Part shown: piece by piece, positions 49,201 through 62,813 of the stretch
How the letters are laid out: every line of letters starts with the position of its first letter
How positions within the stretch are numbered: the first letter of the stretch is position 1
NCBI GenBank assembly: GCA_040954595.2
Contig: CM082597.2
Location: 2,838,265 to 2,902,264 of the forward strand
DNA length: 64,000 nucleotides
Source of the DNA: Balanoglossus misakiensis
Lineage: Eukaryota > Animalia > Hemichordata
Direction: 5' to 3'
The notes under the pieces: model-generated
What the model saw: only the letters and a program-made list of their open reading frames with translations
Databases searched by the model: none
Told to the model about the DNA's origin: nothing
Made by a program: the position numbers and the translations under genes

Positions 49201-50345
49201 ACTGACCACAACGAAATACAAATGCAAATAGACACAGATGTTGAAAGGAATGCCTGGTTTGAAAGTAATCCTTCTGTTTCATACAAATGCATGTATCCGT
49301 AAGTTGCTCTGTTCTTAGATGGCTGATTTCAAATTGGGTCTGTCACATGAATCAGATGGCACAGATATTCAAAGTCTCTCTCTTTTGTTTTCCTGTTGAC
49401 AGACAGTCCTATAATTCACAGCATCGCTGTAGTGTCTTGGAAGAACGACCACAGCGTGACCCTGGAGTGCGTGGTCAGTGCTAACCCTGATGACATCACC
49501 TACGAGTGGTCCGGTGAGGGTGGTGCGACTGGTGGAAACCGTCGTCTGTGGAGCGTCATTGATGGCGGTGAAGACGGGATCATGACGGTCACGTGCAAGG
49601 CCACGAATGAGTTAGGCCAATCAGAGCTGACCTCAACAGTTAGCGATCCAGGTAACTTGTAATGAATAAATCATAAACTATGAGCAGTGACTGACACATC
49701 CTAGGTTGTTTCAGTGTGATATTCCTATCCAAGGAAGTTCTGTTTACTTTAATTTTTACCATAGGCCTACTGGCGTATTTTGATATATGCACATTTTATT
49801 TGAATATTTTCTGTTAATCCATCCAAATGACCAAAATCAGACACCGAGTGTCAGCCTAGATTATCACCATACAACATCCTTCTTTTAATTCTCAACAACA
49901 GATCCTCCACTTTGCAACAGACAGTGTATCATCGGTGTTATAGTTGGAGGCATCCTTTCCGGTATCATGTTGATACTGTTTATCTTCTGGGCGTGCGCAA
50001 ATGCGAAAAACAAGAAAGGAGGTATGTTTTGCATGAGTTCATTGAAAAGACCAACATCATTTTGTCTGGACTGGAAGAAAATCGATTCCACATATTTTTT
50101 TTTTATTTGAGCAATATATTGATCCTCCTCAAAAGAACAAAAATGAAAGGGCTGGTCCACTTTGTTTCCACTGGCATTACTAGTAACCTATGTATAATAC
50201 CTATGAACCAATAAACTAAGTCCCACAAGTATATTTACTTTATACTCACGTTATGACTTATGTTTAAATAATTTTATCTTTTATTTTAGAGCAAGTGAGG
50301 ACCAAAGATGAACATCAGTTCGAAGAAGTACAGCAAGCAGTCTGA
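46297..50345 (+). CDS. Type I membrane IgSF protein, V-C2-V-C2-Ig-TM-short tail (nectin/CADM/nephrin-like cell adhesion molecule)
   Basis: Exons: 46297-46348 (signal peptide MMDVCGIATVGIFILVS); 47210-47569 (V); 47764-48084 (C2); 48204-48557 (V); 48822-49151 (C2); 49403-49651 (Ig); 49902-50021 (TM CIIGVIVGGILSGIMLILFIFWAC); 50290-50345 (tail ending EEVQQAV*). All are phase-1 GT-AG. Confidence 0.85.
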
Positions 50346-50502
50346 GGGACATGGCACCAGTGGATATTGTTAAACATCATGAAGATCGGATATCTGTCCC
50401 AGTTGTGCACACAAGGAGCAAAATCTCTGTTTTTCATTATATATGGGGTGAGGGGGTCGCAATTGTTTTCACAGAACACCACAAGTGGGTTAGAAGAGTC
50501 AG

Positions 50503-50594
50503 CCCCAGACATTTACACACCGGACACTTGCCCAAACCATAGAAATTGAGAGTATACTAGTCTATGGGACAGTCTGGGTGGTAAATATCCGGGG
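50503..50594. repeat. Imperfect inverted repeat / MITE-like hairpin in the predicted 3'UTR
   Basis: ccccagacatttac..ccggaca..ccataga pairs with tctatgggacagtctgggtggtaaatatccgggg. Confidence 0.55.
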
Positions 50595-53500
50595 GACTCG
50601 CCCTGATTCCCGGAAATCTCTGGCAATACAGCATAACATAGCCCACTTGCAGACATAACACAATTTCAAACCATGATGTAAGTTTTTTTGCGATGATGTA
50701 TATTTTGTGTTGTCTATTTATATGTTATGGCTGCACGTGATGTGCTCTGGCTTTGGACAATTAAGGAGTTATTTGGAAACCAAACAAGCAAAAAACTAGA
50801 AAATATTGCCTGAGTGTTTCCCCAAAGTAGGATAGGTGATACCTGATCTATTTCGATTATTAACGTTTACCGTAGATTCGGGAATTTGGTGCAAACTATT
50901 TTTAATATTTAAGAAAATAAAATGCAAATTTGTTATAGTTGTAAGGACCATGCTGGGTGTGGTTCAGTCTGAAAATATTAACTGCTGTTCAGCGTCTGAT
51001 GTTGTGTGTTGTATTTTAACCATCAAATGGAAGCACTATCTTTTATTGATGTTAACTTATATACCACTTTCCAATTGCAAGAGATATGCAATAACTTCTA
51101 ATATGGAAGTATATGTAACATTCGATGTAAACCACAATCATTTTATGATAGTTACCATGATTTATGTACAAAATGCTAAACTATCAATTACACTTATATG
51201 CAGTGGCTATTTCAGGCACAGGGGATTATTTTTAGACACATACATCATTACATGTACCGGTATATCAATGCAACATATTTAGTATACAGAAACACTGTTC
51301 GGGTTACATCGTCACTTTTATTCGGTACATTTTTCAAATTTTCGTCGTTTGTTTTATGATCAGGAATATCATCCTGAACTTTTGAAGTGAAGATCAGTTA
51401 TGCAACCTTTTTTAGAACGTCGAAGACGACAACAACAATAGCAACAACAACAATAACAAATAAACAACTGTTTGTGATTGTATGTATTTGTTTGTTAATA
51501 TCAATGCAATCACTGAAATATTCACAGAGAGAGATTTTGGTATCTGTAGTTATTTTTGGAATTATGTAGTTAATTCAGCCTTTAAGATGATATTAATATG
51601 TGTCAGTTTACCGGTATGTACAATATCAAAATAAATTGTTACAATTGTTAAAATTGTGTGCCTTGACCAGCTGTCAGTTTCTTTTGTCTGCCTGTTACAA
51701 AACATTTCTGCATCACTTTTTCTGATATATGTGTCTTCAATTTGGTGTTGTCCTCATATGACTTTCCCCTGATGTAGCGCCGCCAATAGTTCAGATCAGA
51801 ATTAAATTTTGAACAATGACTTGGCCTGAAATAACCTTTTCTAATTTACATATGAATAGCATGTGTTGACTGACACCAAGTTTGAATCTTACAGTTTAAG
51901 TCTGCTCTGTGAAAGTATCGCGTGCATGCATTACTAGCATGTGTTGGATTATTACGAGAATTTTTAAATCCTGAACTTGTATTTGGAACATAGTAAAGCT
52001 TCTGTAGGTATGTACAATTTAATTGACATTGTGCTCTGTAGGTTAGAGAACATGAAAGTATCCATACTTTTGAATGATAACTGACAATTGTAATGAATTG
52101 GCTTTTATTATTAAACAGGACGTCGACAGTCCGTCAATGTCCTTTTTCTTGTATATATACTTGCCATGTAGTCTGTCACTTTGAAAGTGCTGGTATAATA
52201 GACTCCATGAGAGTCTGTTTTAAGTCAAAGGCCAGATTGTTGTTTCATTGACATTTTAAGTACCCATGTTGTGTTTGTGTGACCATTTAATTTTGCCACT
52301 AAATGTGTTGCAAAGAAGAATTAGTTTTGACAGGATGTCTAACTAAAACAAACTGCGACAAAACGTAGCAAATCGTATGATTTTACAATGTCATTGTGCT
52401 GTGTTACAACTGGTATACACACCAGTGTAGTGCATGTATTCACACCAGTGACCTCAAATGACCTTTAGATTGACAGTTATTGTTGAAAGTCAAGGTCTTT
52501 CCCTTGAAGGGTCAAATGGTTGTAGTATTTGACCCAGATGGTCAGTTATGAGTAAGCATCAAATACACTTTTGTTAATTAACCAGAGTCCATCTTTTTGT
52601 GTATTTTTGTCAGGATATGGTGCAGCATATATTCTAAAATGTATGAAGTTTGTTAATCCTATGAAAGTTTCCTCTTGTGTACTGCCCTCTTGGCTCGTTT
52701 ATATAAATTATTTTGTATATTTGTGTGAATTTATAACATCCCTCACTGTGTTTTCCCAGGGATTTAGAAATTGATTGGTAGCTAATTGTTATAATCATTT
52801 GCATATTATTTACATATATTTACATATCAAACATAGATGAAAGGGATAATTGCATTTGAATCAAACTATCTCATCTTCATGGTGAATTATTAATAAAGGA
52901 ATAAACATTACTTTTAAAGAAAAAAAATAATAAAGGATGCAAGTTTATTGAATAATATTCTAATAAAATAATTAGTTGAAAAATAGTTACATTCTACCTC
53001 CTGACTCCACAAAAGAAGGTAAGTCCAAACTTTCCTTCACGATTTTAAAGAAAAACAAAACTTAACCCATATTGGTTACTTTAAAATGTGGATATTCTGT
53101 TTTGCAACTCTAGAAATGTTGCATTCTGAAGATGCAGTATAGAGTCATACCATGAATATGGCAAGTTGAAGCCTTAATAGCTGCCACTTGTATTTTTATC
53201 AGTATCAAGTCTTCTCCTAATTATTTTTAGTTTGTAGAGATTATAATACTCATGTGTGCATGCTGAATACATTGGTGCAGCACCTGTTTTATTTAACTTG
53301 CTCACATTTATGGTCACAAACATAGGTTGATAATACTTTTGTGTGCATCCATAAGCAAGAATATATAAATCAAAGTTTGAAAGTAAAATCATGAAAATAA
53401 TGTGGTAGCTCTTGAGGATGCAAACAGAAAGTACATGGCAGGCAAATCCTAGAAATAACTTCATTGTGTGATCTGAGGAGGGAAATGAGTCATCCTGACA

Positions 53501-54603
53501 TTTGCAAACTGAAACCAGACATTTGAAACTTAATCTCATAGTTTCTAAACTATGCCATCTGAGTCATGAAATTTTATGGCTGAAGAAGAATGAAAACACG
53601 ATATCTTGTTTGTCGCATTTGTGGACAGTTTTTTGTACTACGTTGAGAAATTGGTTTGCAAACACACATTGAAACTTAGTTTCACAGTTAATTGTGATAT
53701 CTGTGTCATAGAATTTTAACACAAAATGTGATTAGAAAAGTCAAAGGGGAAGTTGTTGAACTGAGGAGAGTGACTGAAAAAAGGCAAAAATAAGCAAGAC
53801 AAAACTGACAAAAAATATTTTCCCACATTCTGAAGTTGACCATGCAAACCCCAAATGCCTGTTTATTAAGAGATCTTGCAGAACAATATTTACTTTACAC
53901 TCTAGAAATTATTTGTGTGTTTTTCATATCAGATGTGCACAGCAACTTTCACTTCAGGGCCATAAAAACAAGATAAGTTCAACAGTCATAGTCCTTGCAG
54001 ATAAGCATGTGAAGTATTCTGGCAGGATATTTGAGCACCATGAGATCATGTGTTGTCTCATTTTAACCTGGCCATAAATAGCTTGAGTCACAGATGTATG
54101 TCTATAGACAGAGTTTAAGCTAGGATTTCTACGAAGCCTTAAACATTTATTAGTTTCATGCCTGACGTTTCTAAGAACAATGAGACCTTGTAGAGGGTAT
54201 CCAATGTAGAAATATTTAATATTGCAATTGTTTGAATACTTATTGCTTGACCGTTTGATAGCCACATGTACGCTGAAATCTATTTTAAGTTTTGTTTACT
54301 TGCACAGTTTATCAGCGGGCATGGTTATTTTCTAAACTGAAGTACTGTTTGTATTTGACGTGAATGACCGTTCCTTCAGGTACATGTTGATGACTTAGCA
54401 ATTGCTTTATACGTAATCAATGTCTTTCCACAAGAGTGATGCACAGATACCTACAAAAATCTAAATTCATTTCAATTTTTCGCTTTTTTTCTTTTTGTAA
54501 ACAAAAACTAGGTGTGGCCTTGTCCTCATGATGCCCCTTTCTCTTATACTGCCCTCAACGCTCAGGTGTGGGTCATACTTTTATGTAGAAATAAAACTAA
54601 GAC

Positions 54604-54819
54604 ATACTGTAAAAGCATTTATATTTCACTAGTTTGTAATTTCACCATTTTTGTCTGATTGAGAAAACCTTATTAATAAAATTCCTGTGATAATATCAAA
54701 TTTTACCCCCAAAAATTCATTTTTTACATAGAAATCCATGAATTCAAACCTAACGAATGTGCCCCAAATATAAAAAAAGTTAAATTAGCTCGCAATGAAA
54801 ATTAATGGTGTTACAGTAT
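54604..54819. mobile_element. Degenerate MITE-like element
   Basis: Terminal inverted repeats atactgtaa ... ttacagtat, with looser internal complementarity. Confidence 0.4.
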
Positions 54820-57800
54820 CTATTTTATAATCAACTCCTTGAACTGCGTCTGCCCTGTAACTTTTAATTAGTCCGGCTCAGACAAGCATGACATGATCAG
54901 AGTGATAAATAGCAAGTGTATTGGATTGCATTTTGGTATTTTGTCTATGTTATGCTGATGCAACTAATAGATTGAGTTTGAATGCATCTACATACATGGT
55001 GTTGTCTGAATTAATTGCGATTTCATCATCGGGTGGAGTGATCCTGTCCTTATTAAGGAATTCAATGACTCATTGCTCAATTATAGTCTGTGGTCTGAAT
55101 TCATCAGACGCTTTGTCCTGAAATTTTTTTGAAGTGGCATTGCACAATATGAGGAAGAAATAGAAGTTGTTCAACAAGGCGGAAATAGAACTTAAAGCAG
55201 GTCAATCTTCCATGTGAAACCCATTTCATGGGTGACAGACAAGTGTAGGAAAGTACAACAATAGCCGACATCAAAATAAAATTTTCCATGGAAGTACTAG
55301 CACTTGGGAGTGGAAAAATAGAACCTGTGATTTACCATCATTGAAATTAAATTGGGTTATTCTATTTTCACCATAGTTTGCCAATATGTGTGTGAAGAAT
55401 GGAAGTCAAAGACAATCATTTTATTTTTGGTGGAAAAGTTAAGCACAAATTGCAAGATATATTCTTGAAATATTTCACATTATATAAAATCAGTGGTGTC
55501 ACACTGTCCTTGCGGCGAAATGTTTCAAGCAGGCCAACATTTCAATATCTTATAATAATATTGCTATGGAGAGAAGTAAATATTTAAACTCCTTATTTAT
55601 TGTGTTTGTCTTGTCAGAATTTCAGAACCATAAATTGTGGCCTGTGCAAACTGTAATCTCAAGCATGTCCACCACACTCACGCTACACACGTACTGCAAA
55701 ATTTATAGAAATCAAGCCTACATTAGCTGTAGGAACCTATTTTAAAAGGAAATGGAAAAATTTGGGATTGTGTCATGAACATGGATTTTCATGGACTCAT
55801 TTGGTTTTTGTTATTGCATTGTCTCTTTGAAAGCAAGAGTTGCAAAATGCAAAGTATTGTACAGTATATTTCTGCTTTATTCTGTTTAATTGTTTTTACA
55901 GATGTTTATTATGTCCATTAGATTGAATCTCGGGAAAGTTAAACATAGAAAAATTATCCTTAATGTAGATTCACAGACCTACTACAATTGCATTCTGAAT
56001 TTACAGATACAACATGGCAGGGAAATGATCCATGACAATAATTTATTTATTTATTTACGGTTAAAATAATGAGAATAAAGGCCTTTATCCATGCAAATAA
56101 AATATTTACTATGTTGCTACATAGACTGCAGTGTTAAAAGCGTGAATAAAATTAATATTTTAGGATAGAGAACATTGATAAATGGTTTGAAAACACAGAC
56201 AGCATAGTTTGACTTTTTATGTTGCACTATTGAGCCCTGGAACAATTATGTATCAGTCAATCTGACCGAATTTTTAAATTATTTGAGCATAATTTTCATT
56301 GTACATGTATTTTGTATAACCTAATTCTCCAAATTGTGTCAGTGAAAGAGAGTTTCCATCAGCTGTTTCTGTTCAGTTCAGACATATCATTAAGTAGACG
56401 GTAACCATAGCTACCTTCCGTGTGACCTGCCAGACAGATAGGGGTCAGACAAGCTTGGCTTGAATAGGCACATAAATAAGAGTTGTTTGCAGCTGTGCCG
56501 TTAAGGGTTGTGTCATAAATTTTCATAGAGGGGGACTTTGTATTTTAAGTAAAATAACTGAATTCCAGGGCATATTACTAAACAAAAATTATTGGATAGC
56601 AGTATTTATTTTGTGAATTTTGACGTGCAATATATCAGGTATAAAGATAATGAAATATACAGTCAAAGTCCGTGTAAAAACTGGTATATAAATGAACTAG
56701 TAATATGTGAAAGTTTTCTGTTTAGCGCACTCTGTAGTCACTTTTTTGTCATTCTCTGACTCAGAGGGTGTGTACCAGTCTGTCAGTTTTTGGGGTGAGT
56801 TATTGTCCTGGTAGTGGAATATGGGTGGGGTGATATTGTTAATGAAAAGAGGTATTGATTTTCTGTGTACTTCTTGTTTGAGTTCTGTAGAAATCGCCAA
56901 AGTTTGGCTTTCACCCAACCAGGAAGAAATTCCAGTGAAAAATACTGATGTCATTATATCTGGGACAGATTGAATAGCCAAATGGAAAAACCCCAAATAA
57001 ATGAATACACTTGGCTTGATTTTTGTTGCCATGGCATAGAAATCTTACATGTTAGCTTTGAATGCTTCATAAGGAAATAAAAGCAAAGGGAAAATCCACG
57101 TTGCTTAAAAATAGAATTGTTACTAGGGTAGGATTTCTAATACTCGCTGTTGAGCCTTTACAGACATGTACACAACAGCCATAATCAATCAAACTGCTTG
57201 CCTGTATAATGACATGCTTCACTGATGGTTACCTCAAGTGACCGTTTCACCTGAAAGGGACCTGATAAGAACATGCTATTTCACCATAATTCAAGTCGAG
57301 ACCATTGTGTACCTGTCTGAGGGACTGTTTTACAACCCTGGGGGATTGTGAGGGGACAGTTTGCGGCTCAATACTTGTTTGTCAAATAAATTTTTGTTTG
57401 TTTGTCGAGAAGTTAAGAGAGGTATAGTACGTGCAGTCGCAAGCGAGAACGAACCCGCTAAAAATCCACTATACTAAAACTTACAAGCATGACCTCTTTC
57501 CGCAACCTAGTTTTCCAACATGCAGTGTTGGCTATGAGTTGTCATGGGATCCAGAAACAACAAAATAAATGGGTATGAGTGATTCATACAAAGCTGGTCA
57601 CGAAGGTAGCTGATATGTGCAGCTGTTGTTTCATGTAAACAACACAGAAAAAAATTGGGTAATTAATTCCAATTCAATCATTCTTTTCCATCCGACATGT
57701 CAATATGTGAATTAGAACACGAAATTTGACAGTATTTGATAAAATGAACAAACTTGCAATGTAATGTGCCACAGTTTGAGTGAATAAATACATATATATG

Positions 57801-60800
57801 ATATTTGAGCAGCAAAAACTATACACAGTGTTACTGCTTTTTACAAGGGTTTGAATGGATCAGTTTATTTCCTCCTTGGCGGCCATTTTTGTTTGGAACA
57901 GTCTGCATCTTTTGAGGCTTATACAGTGACAGTTCAGGAAAGATAAGCCTGCAGCTTATTCTGCAAATAAAAATAAATAAGGAAACTCATCTCACAGAAT
58001 CCAGGTTCAGTTTATTATTTTTCAGCAAAAGACACTTTTGTGAGAATTCAGCTGGGTTGGGCGAACAATGAAACACATTTTCATTGTGATTCATATGCAG
58101 TTGAGCTGATAAAGTAAAAAAAATGCAATCAAGATAATTTAGCAAAATCCAATTAACTTGAGTCATTAAAAATTAATATATTGCAATCAGCAATTCAGTT
58201 CATATATATGTGCAGTCCCCAGTGTCTGCAACTGTCATTTATTGCAGTAGGAGGAATGAAATAATAGTAATACGATATGAGATATGATCTGATATGTGTT
58301 CACGCAGGGCCAGTTAAATTTCTATAGGAAAATATCAGACTCCAAAATATTACAAAAACTTTTTTATACAATTTTTTATATGAATTGGTGGGCTAGATCC
58401 AGGTTTAAATCCAGTAAAACAGTGTGGTTATTTTCATTTTGATATTTACTGTAAGTTTGTGATATGTCCTAAATATATAGACACTGAGCTGAGTTATAAT
58501 ACTATTTAATAATTTCAGTAACTATTTATGACCAAAATGTAATGAAGTATGCAGTAATTATTTTACACCGTCAGACTTGTAGATCTTATAGGTAACTGAT
58601 ACCAACAGATTCCACTCTGTTAGTGATATGGGTGTATAGTATTATCCCAGGAACCTTTCATGAGAAATCTCAAACTCTCTAACCAGTTTAGCATTCTGTT
58701 TGCTTGGCAAGAGGTCATTTGTTCAAGGCTGTACATTGATTGCATTGGCGGGCATACCGGTACATCTTGGAGACGTTCCCCAGTATTATACTGACTTGAA
58801 TTTGAAAATCTTGGGCCACAAGTACAATAAATCACTTGTTGTTGGCAACTGCCGGGATAATTGAATTTTAAGCTTATAATAGATATTCACTAAATGTTTA
58901 CAATTGTTGTCTTGTAATTGCTTAGTCTATTATATCCCCTTTAAAATTGCATAATTAATTTACACCATGGACTCGCATAAACTGACAAAAATGCAGCGGT
59001 ATTTAGCAAGATGGAGGAAGTTTCTCCTGTTAGCACTCTCTGTGGCCTTTTTGGGGGGGATTAAGTTTACATGTTTACTTGCTGTGTTGTAAATCACCAA
59101 GGGAGACCAGATGGAGCAATTGGTGCAATTTTGTTAATAATACTTCATGCTGTGGCTCGATCCCCCCAGCTATTTATTGCAGTATTGTGATGTATTTGAT
59201 GGATCGCTCAGTGGGGTTACTAAGTGGTATCAACAAGAAACACAAAAACATAGCAACCAGTTGGCAAACATCCAACCAGGAAAGCAGCATCAAAAAAATA
59301 ATAGTCCATGTTAGCTTTGTATTGTAACTTTATTGTCCACGGCCCACAAGAAGTGACTGACTCAACATGAAGCAGAAGTTGAAATTTTGTCCACTCATGT
59401 CAAAAAGAAATATATAAGGAAGGAGAATGATAAAATTGCAGTAAAATTTAGGGGAGATTGTTAAAGTATAGCATGTATGTTCACATATTTTCAATTTTTC
59501 ATTTTTGTTGTTTTGGGCAACTTTCTGTATCTGTTTCAGGTAATACACAGAGAAAGTCACGAAAGAACAATGTATACAATAATGAGAATAATGAGAACGT
59601 GAAAATTAATTGTCACGGAAAAGTCGCCTCTCTTGCTATTGCCAAAATTTCCCGCCGTGAAAATTTCCTGTTGTACAGTATATCTCATATCTTGTTCAGA
59701 CAGAACTTCCAGTGTCAAAATAGGTCATGCCTTGTAGGCTATGATTCTGATTTATGTTCCATCATCGACACCAGTAAACTCCTTCTGCACATGCACAGTC
59801 TGAGAGTGATGTCATCAGAATGCTGTGTATTAAAGAGGGCATGTACATTAAACTAGTGTGAATTTTTCTTTTGCAAATTGATATTTGACAAATGTATTTC
59901 CAGACTTAAATTTACAGTTAGTTTGACATAACACATTTTAACCATTTAGTAGAATCGTTTCTTGTTAACAGTGCCTGTAGAAGTAGACAAGAACACAGAC
60001 AAGCATAGCTTTGCAGCATTTATTTCAATCTTGGTTAAGTATATCAAAATATATGGCAGATTCATAGAAATGTTTGATGGAAATCCAATTATAAAATCAA
60101 AGTGACAGAGCTGGGTGAACAAATAAACCAATTTCTAAACCAGGTAATACTGTCACATTTGCAAATGCAAATATATCATAGGATGAAACTAATAATGTCA
60201 TTTAGACTGTTATTCACTGATGTTGTTTTGAAATGTATAAGACTAAGCTTTTCAAATAAGGCACAAAGTTGGCAAATGTAAATGCAATACATTACATAGA
60301 AAAAACTCTGTCCAACCAGAAGCTTTGTGAGTTGAGTGAGTTCAAATGTGTGCATGGTAGTTTGGTGTGTTTTAATTGTATAAATGTACAGAATAGATCA
60401 TGTGCTAAAATCCAAAGGGTGTTTCGAAAATAATTAAAGGCAATATCATCCACGATGATATTCTGAAAACAAAACATCTTTATGATGACATTGTCTTGAA
60501 AGAGATTACATTCTTTAATTTGTATGCATGCGAGTTAAGAGGAATGAACTCTTGACCTAGATATCTGGTGAATAAGCTAGCCAGCTGCAGAGTTGTAAAT
60601 TTCACCCTTATCTGACCTGAAGTGAAAATATATTGTTTACAGTAGGCAGTAGGTTGCCATCGAGCCAACCATTTATGGTGATGTTTTGATCGCCCTACAA
60701 CAAGCGAGCCTGTCGTAGACTTATAAAGTTCACCACCTGAGGGCACTGCATGAGGTCAATTTCCCTGGAGATGTGTTTGACGAGTAAGAAATTGTCTGTA

Positions 60801-62813
60801 AAAGAAGTGTTTTACGCTTTCAAATCTTTGTGGCGTTCTACAGCTCAGGAAACTTTGTACATGCATCTTTGTGAGGCTTCAAAAAAAAAGATATCAGTGT
60901 GATGTCCTTGAATGCACTCTCATAACATTGAAAGTAATGAATATTAATTAGGAAGGGAAATCCCCGTTTTTTCCCCTGACTCATTCAGAATCTATTTATA
61001 GTTCAAGTGAATGCAAAGCTTCTGGCTGAAGAATACAGAGTGTTATACAGTTGAAAATTGTTTTCTATGACCAGCAATTGCTTTGCTGTCAAGAATTTAG
61101 GACACATACACGTCTGACATTAAATCTGGCCAAATTTACACTTTTTAATTCCTCCTGATTTTGCTGTCTCTACTGACATGGTAGCGGTTTCAAATATTCT
61201 CTAAATAAAAAATTACATTTATTTGTATCAGACAGTTCTGAATCAATCTCAGTAATGCAATAAAAGTGAAACATACTAAGTTGACACAGCTTCTTTGTTA
61301 AACTTCCTTAAAGATTCCTGGGTAATAAATACAAAAAATATGCAGAAGTCCTTTTTGTTGTATTATTATAAAATTCTAATTAGGACCAGGTATTCTTTCA
61401 TGTGTCATGGTTATGAATTTTCTAAATTATACTGAGTTTGGCAATGAATAAACTCAATTCTTATCTCGAGTAAAATAGAAATTTGAAAAATTGTCAGATT
61501 ACAAAATACAGTACTGCTGTCATTGACATTTTTATGTTTCATACTTAATCAAATGTCACACCTTAACCATAATGTGAATTGGCAGTATATAATTTTTTTC
61601 CAAAATCATGGATTCACAATCAAACAGTGCTCTCAACATTAACTTGCATAGCAATGATTGTTATGGTAATAAGGTCTCAGCTGTCTTGAGTAAAATATTT
61701 CCAGTTGTATACAGGAATGCATGTAAGTTGAAAATTAGAATAGTATCCTTTCATAATATGCATGAAACTTCCACTGGTCTCACTAAAATGGCACAAACTG
61801 CATAGATATTAAAACAATTCTGTCTTCAAAATATCTGAAGTAAATGAAAATTGTAAACATATCAAGGTTATATAAAATACAGTACTGTTGTTAAAACAAT
61901 CATCAAAACAGTTCAAGGAAATCAACTCTTCTGTTGAGCTCACTGTTATGATATATTCTATGGAAGTTGAACAAAAAATCAGCCACTTTTCACCAAAAAA
62001 AATCTTATTAATGATATCCTTGCTGTGGCATTGGCAAATGAAATAAGCACCGTTTCACTGCATATAAAAGGAATTACTAAAAATACTGCAAATTACTGTT
62101 TCCATCAACACAGATTGGCACAAATCTAATTACTATATATCAGACTAACTCTACTGTCCAATACGTGAAAAAAAAACTTTTTATGACAGGAAGAATGGAT
62201 TTACATGATCTTTTGGTTTGGAATGCAGGAAATTGTAAATGAAATGTTTCATTCTCAGGTTTGTTCATCAGAATTGGAAGCTATTTTTGTGTCATTTGCA
62301 TGCTATACGTAATGACAGTATCAAAGTTCAAAATTGGTTTTTAAATATAAATTTAGTACATAGCACCTTTACATGTATGAAAATTATCAAAACATTGGTA
62401 CTTTTTATTTTCTGCATTAGATTTAAAATATTCCTTTTTAGACATGTCAGACTGGTCCAGCAGACTGACAATGTTATAATCCCATTAATATATTAAAATT
62501 TTGGATTGTTGTTTCAAAGCAAAATTACTGGCTAAAACATGTGTTTACTTGGAAGACACTTAATGAGTACTGCAGATGTCACCTGATAATATACCGGTAC
62601 AATGTGGATTATAGGAGAATTCTAATAGGAAATTGTCAATAATACCGGTATCAACAATTGTAAAAGGCTTTATAAGATAGCTAGTCTATTATAAATTGAA
62701 TTTGTTTCACCTGTTTATAGGTAACTCTGTTTGTAAATTGTTTGTCAACTTTTGAAAATGGTGCACATACCCAGCTGTAATTACAGTACAATAGTGCGCT
62801 TCATATCATGTTC

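Noticed and set aside
50836-62496. Scattered 60-150 aa ORFs in the AT-rich tract
   Set aside because: No recognisable domains, biased composition and no consistent exon chain.
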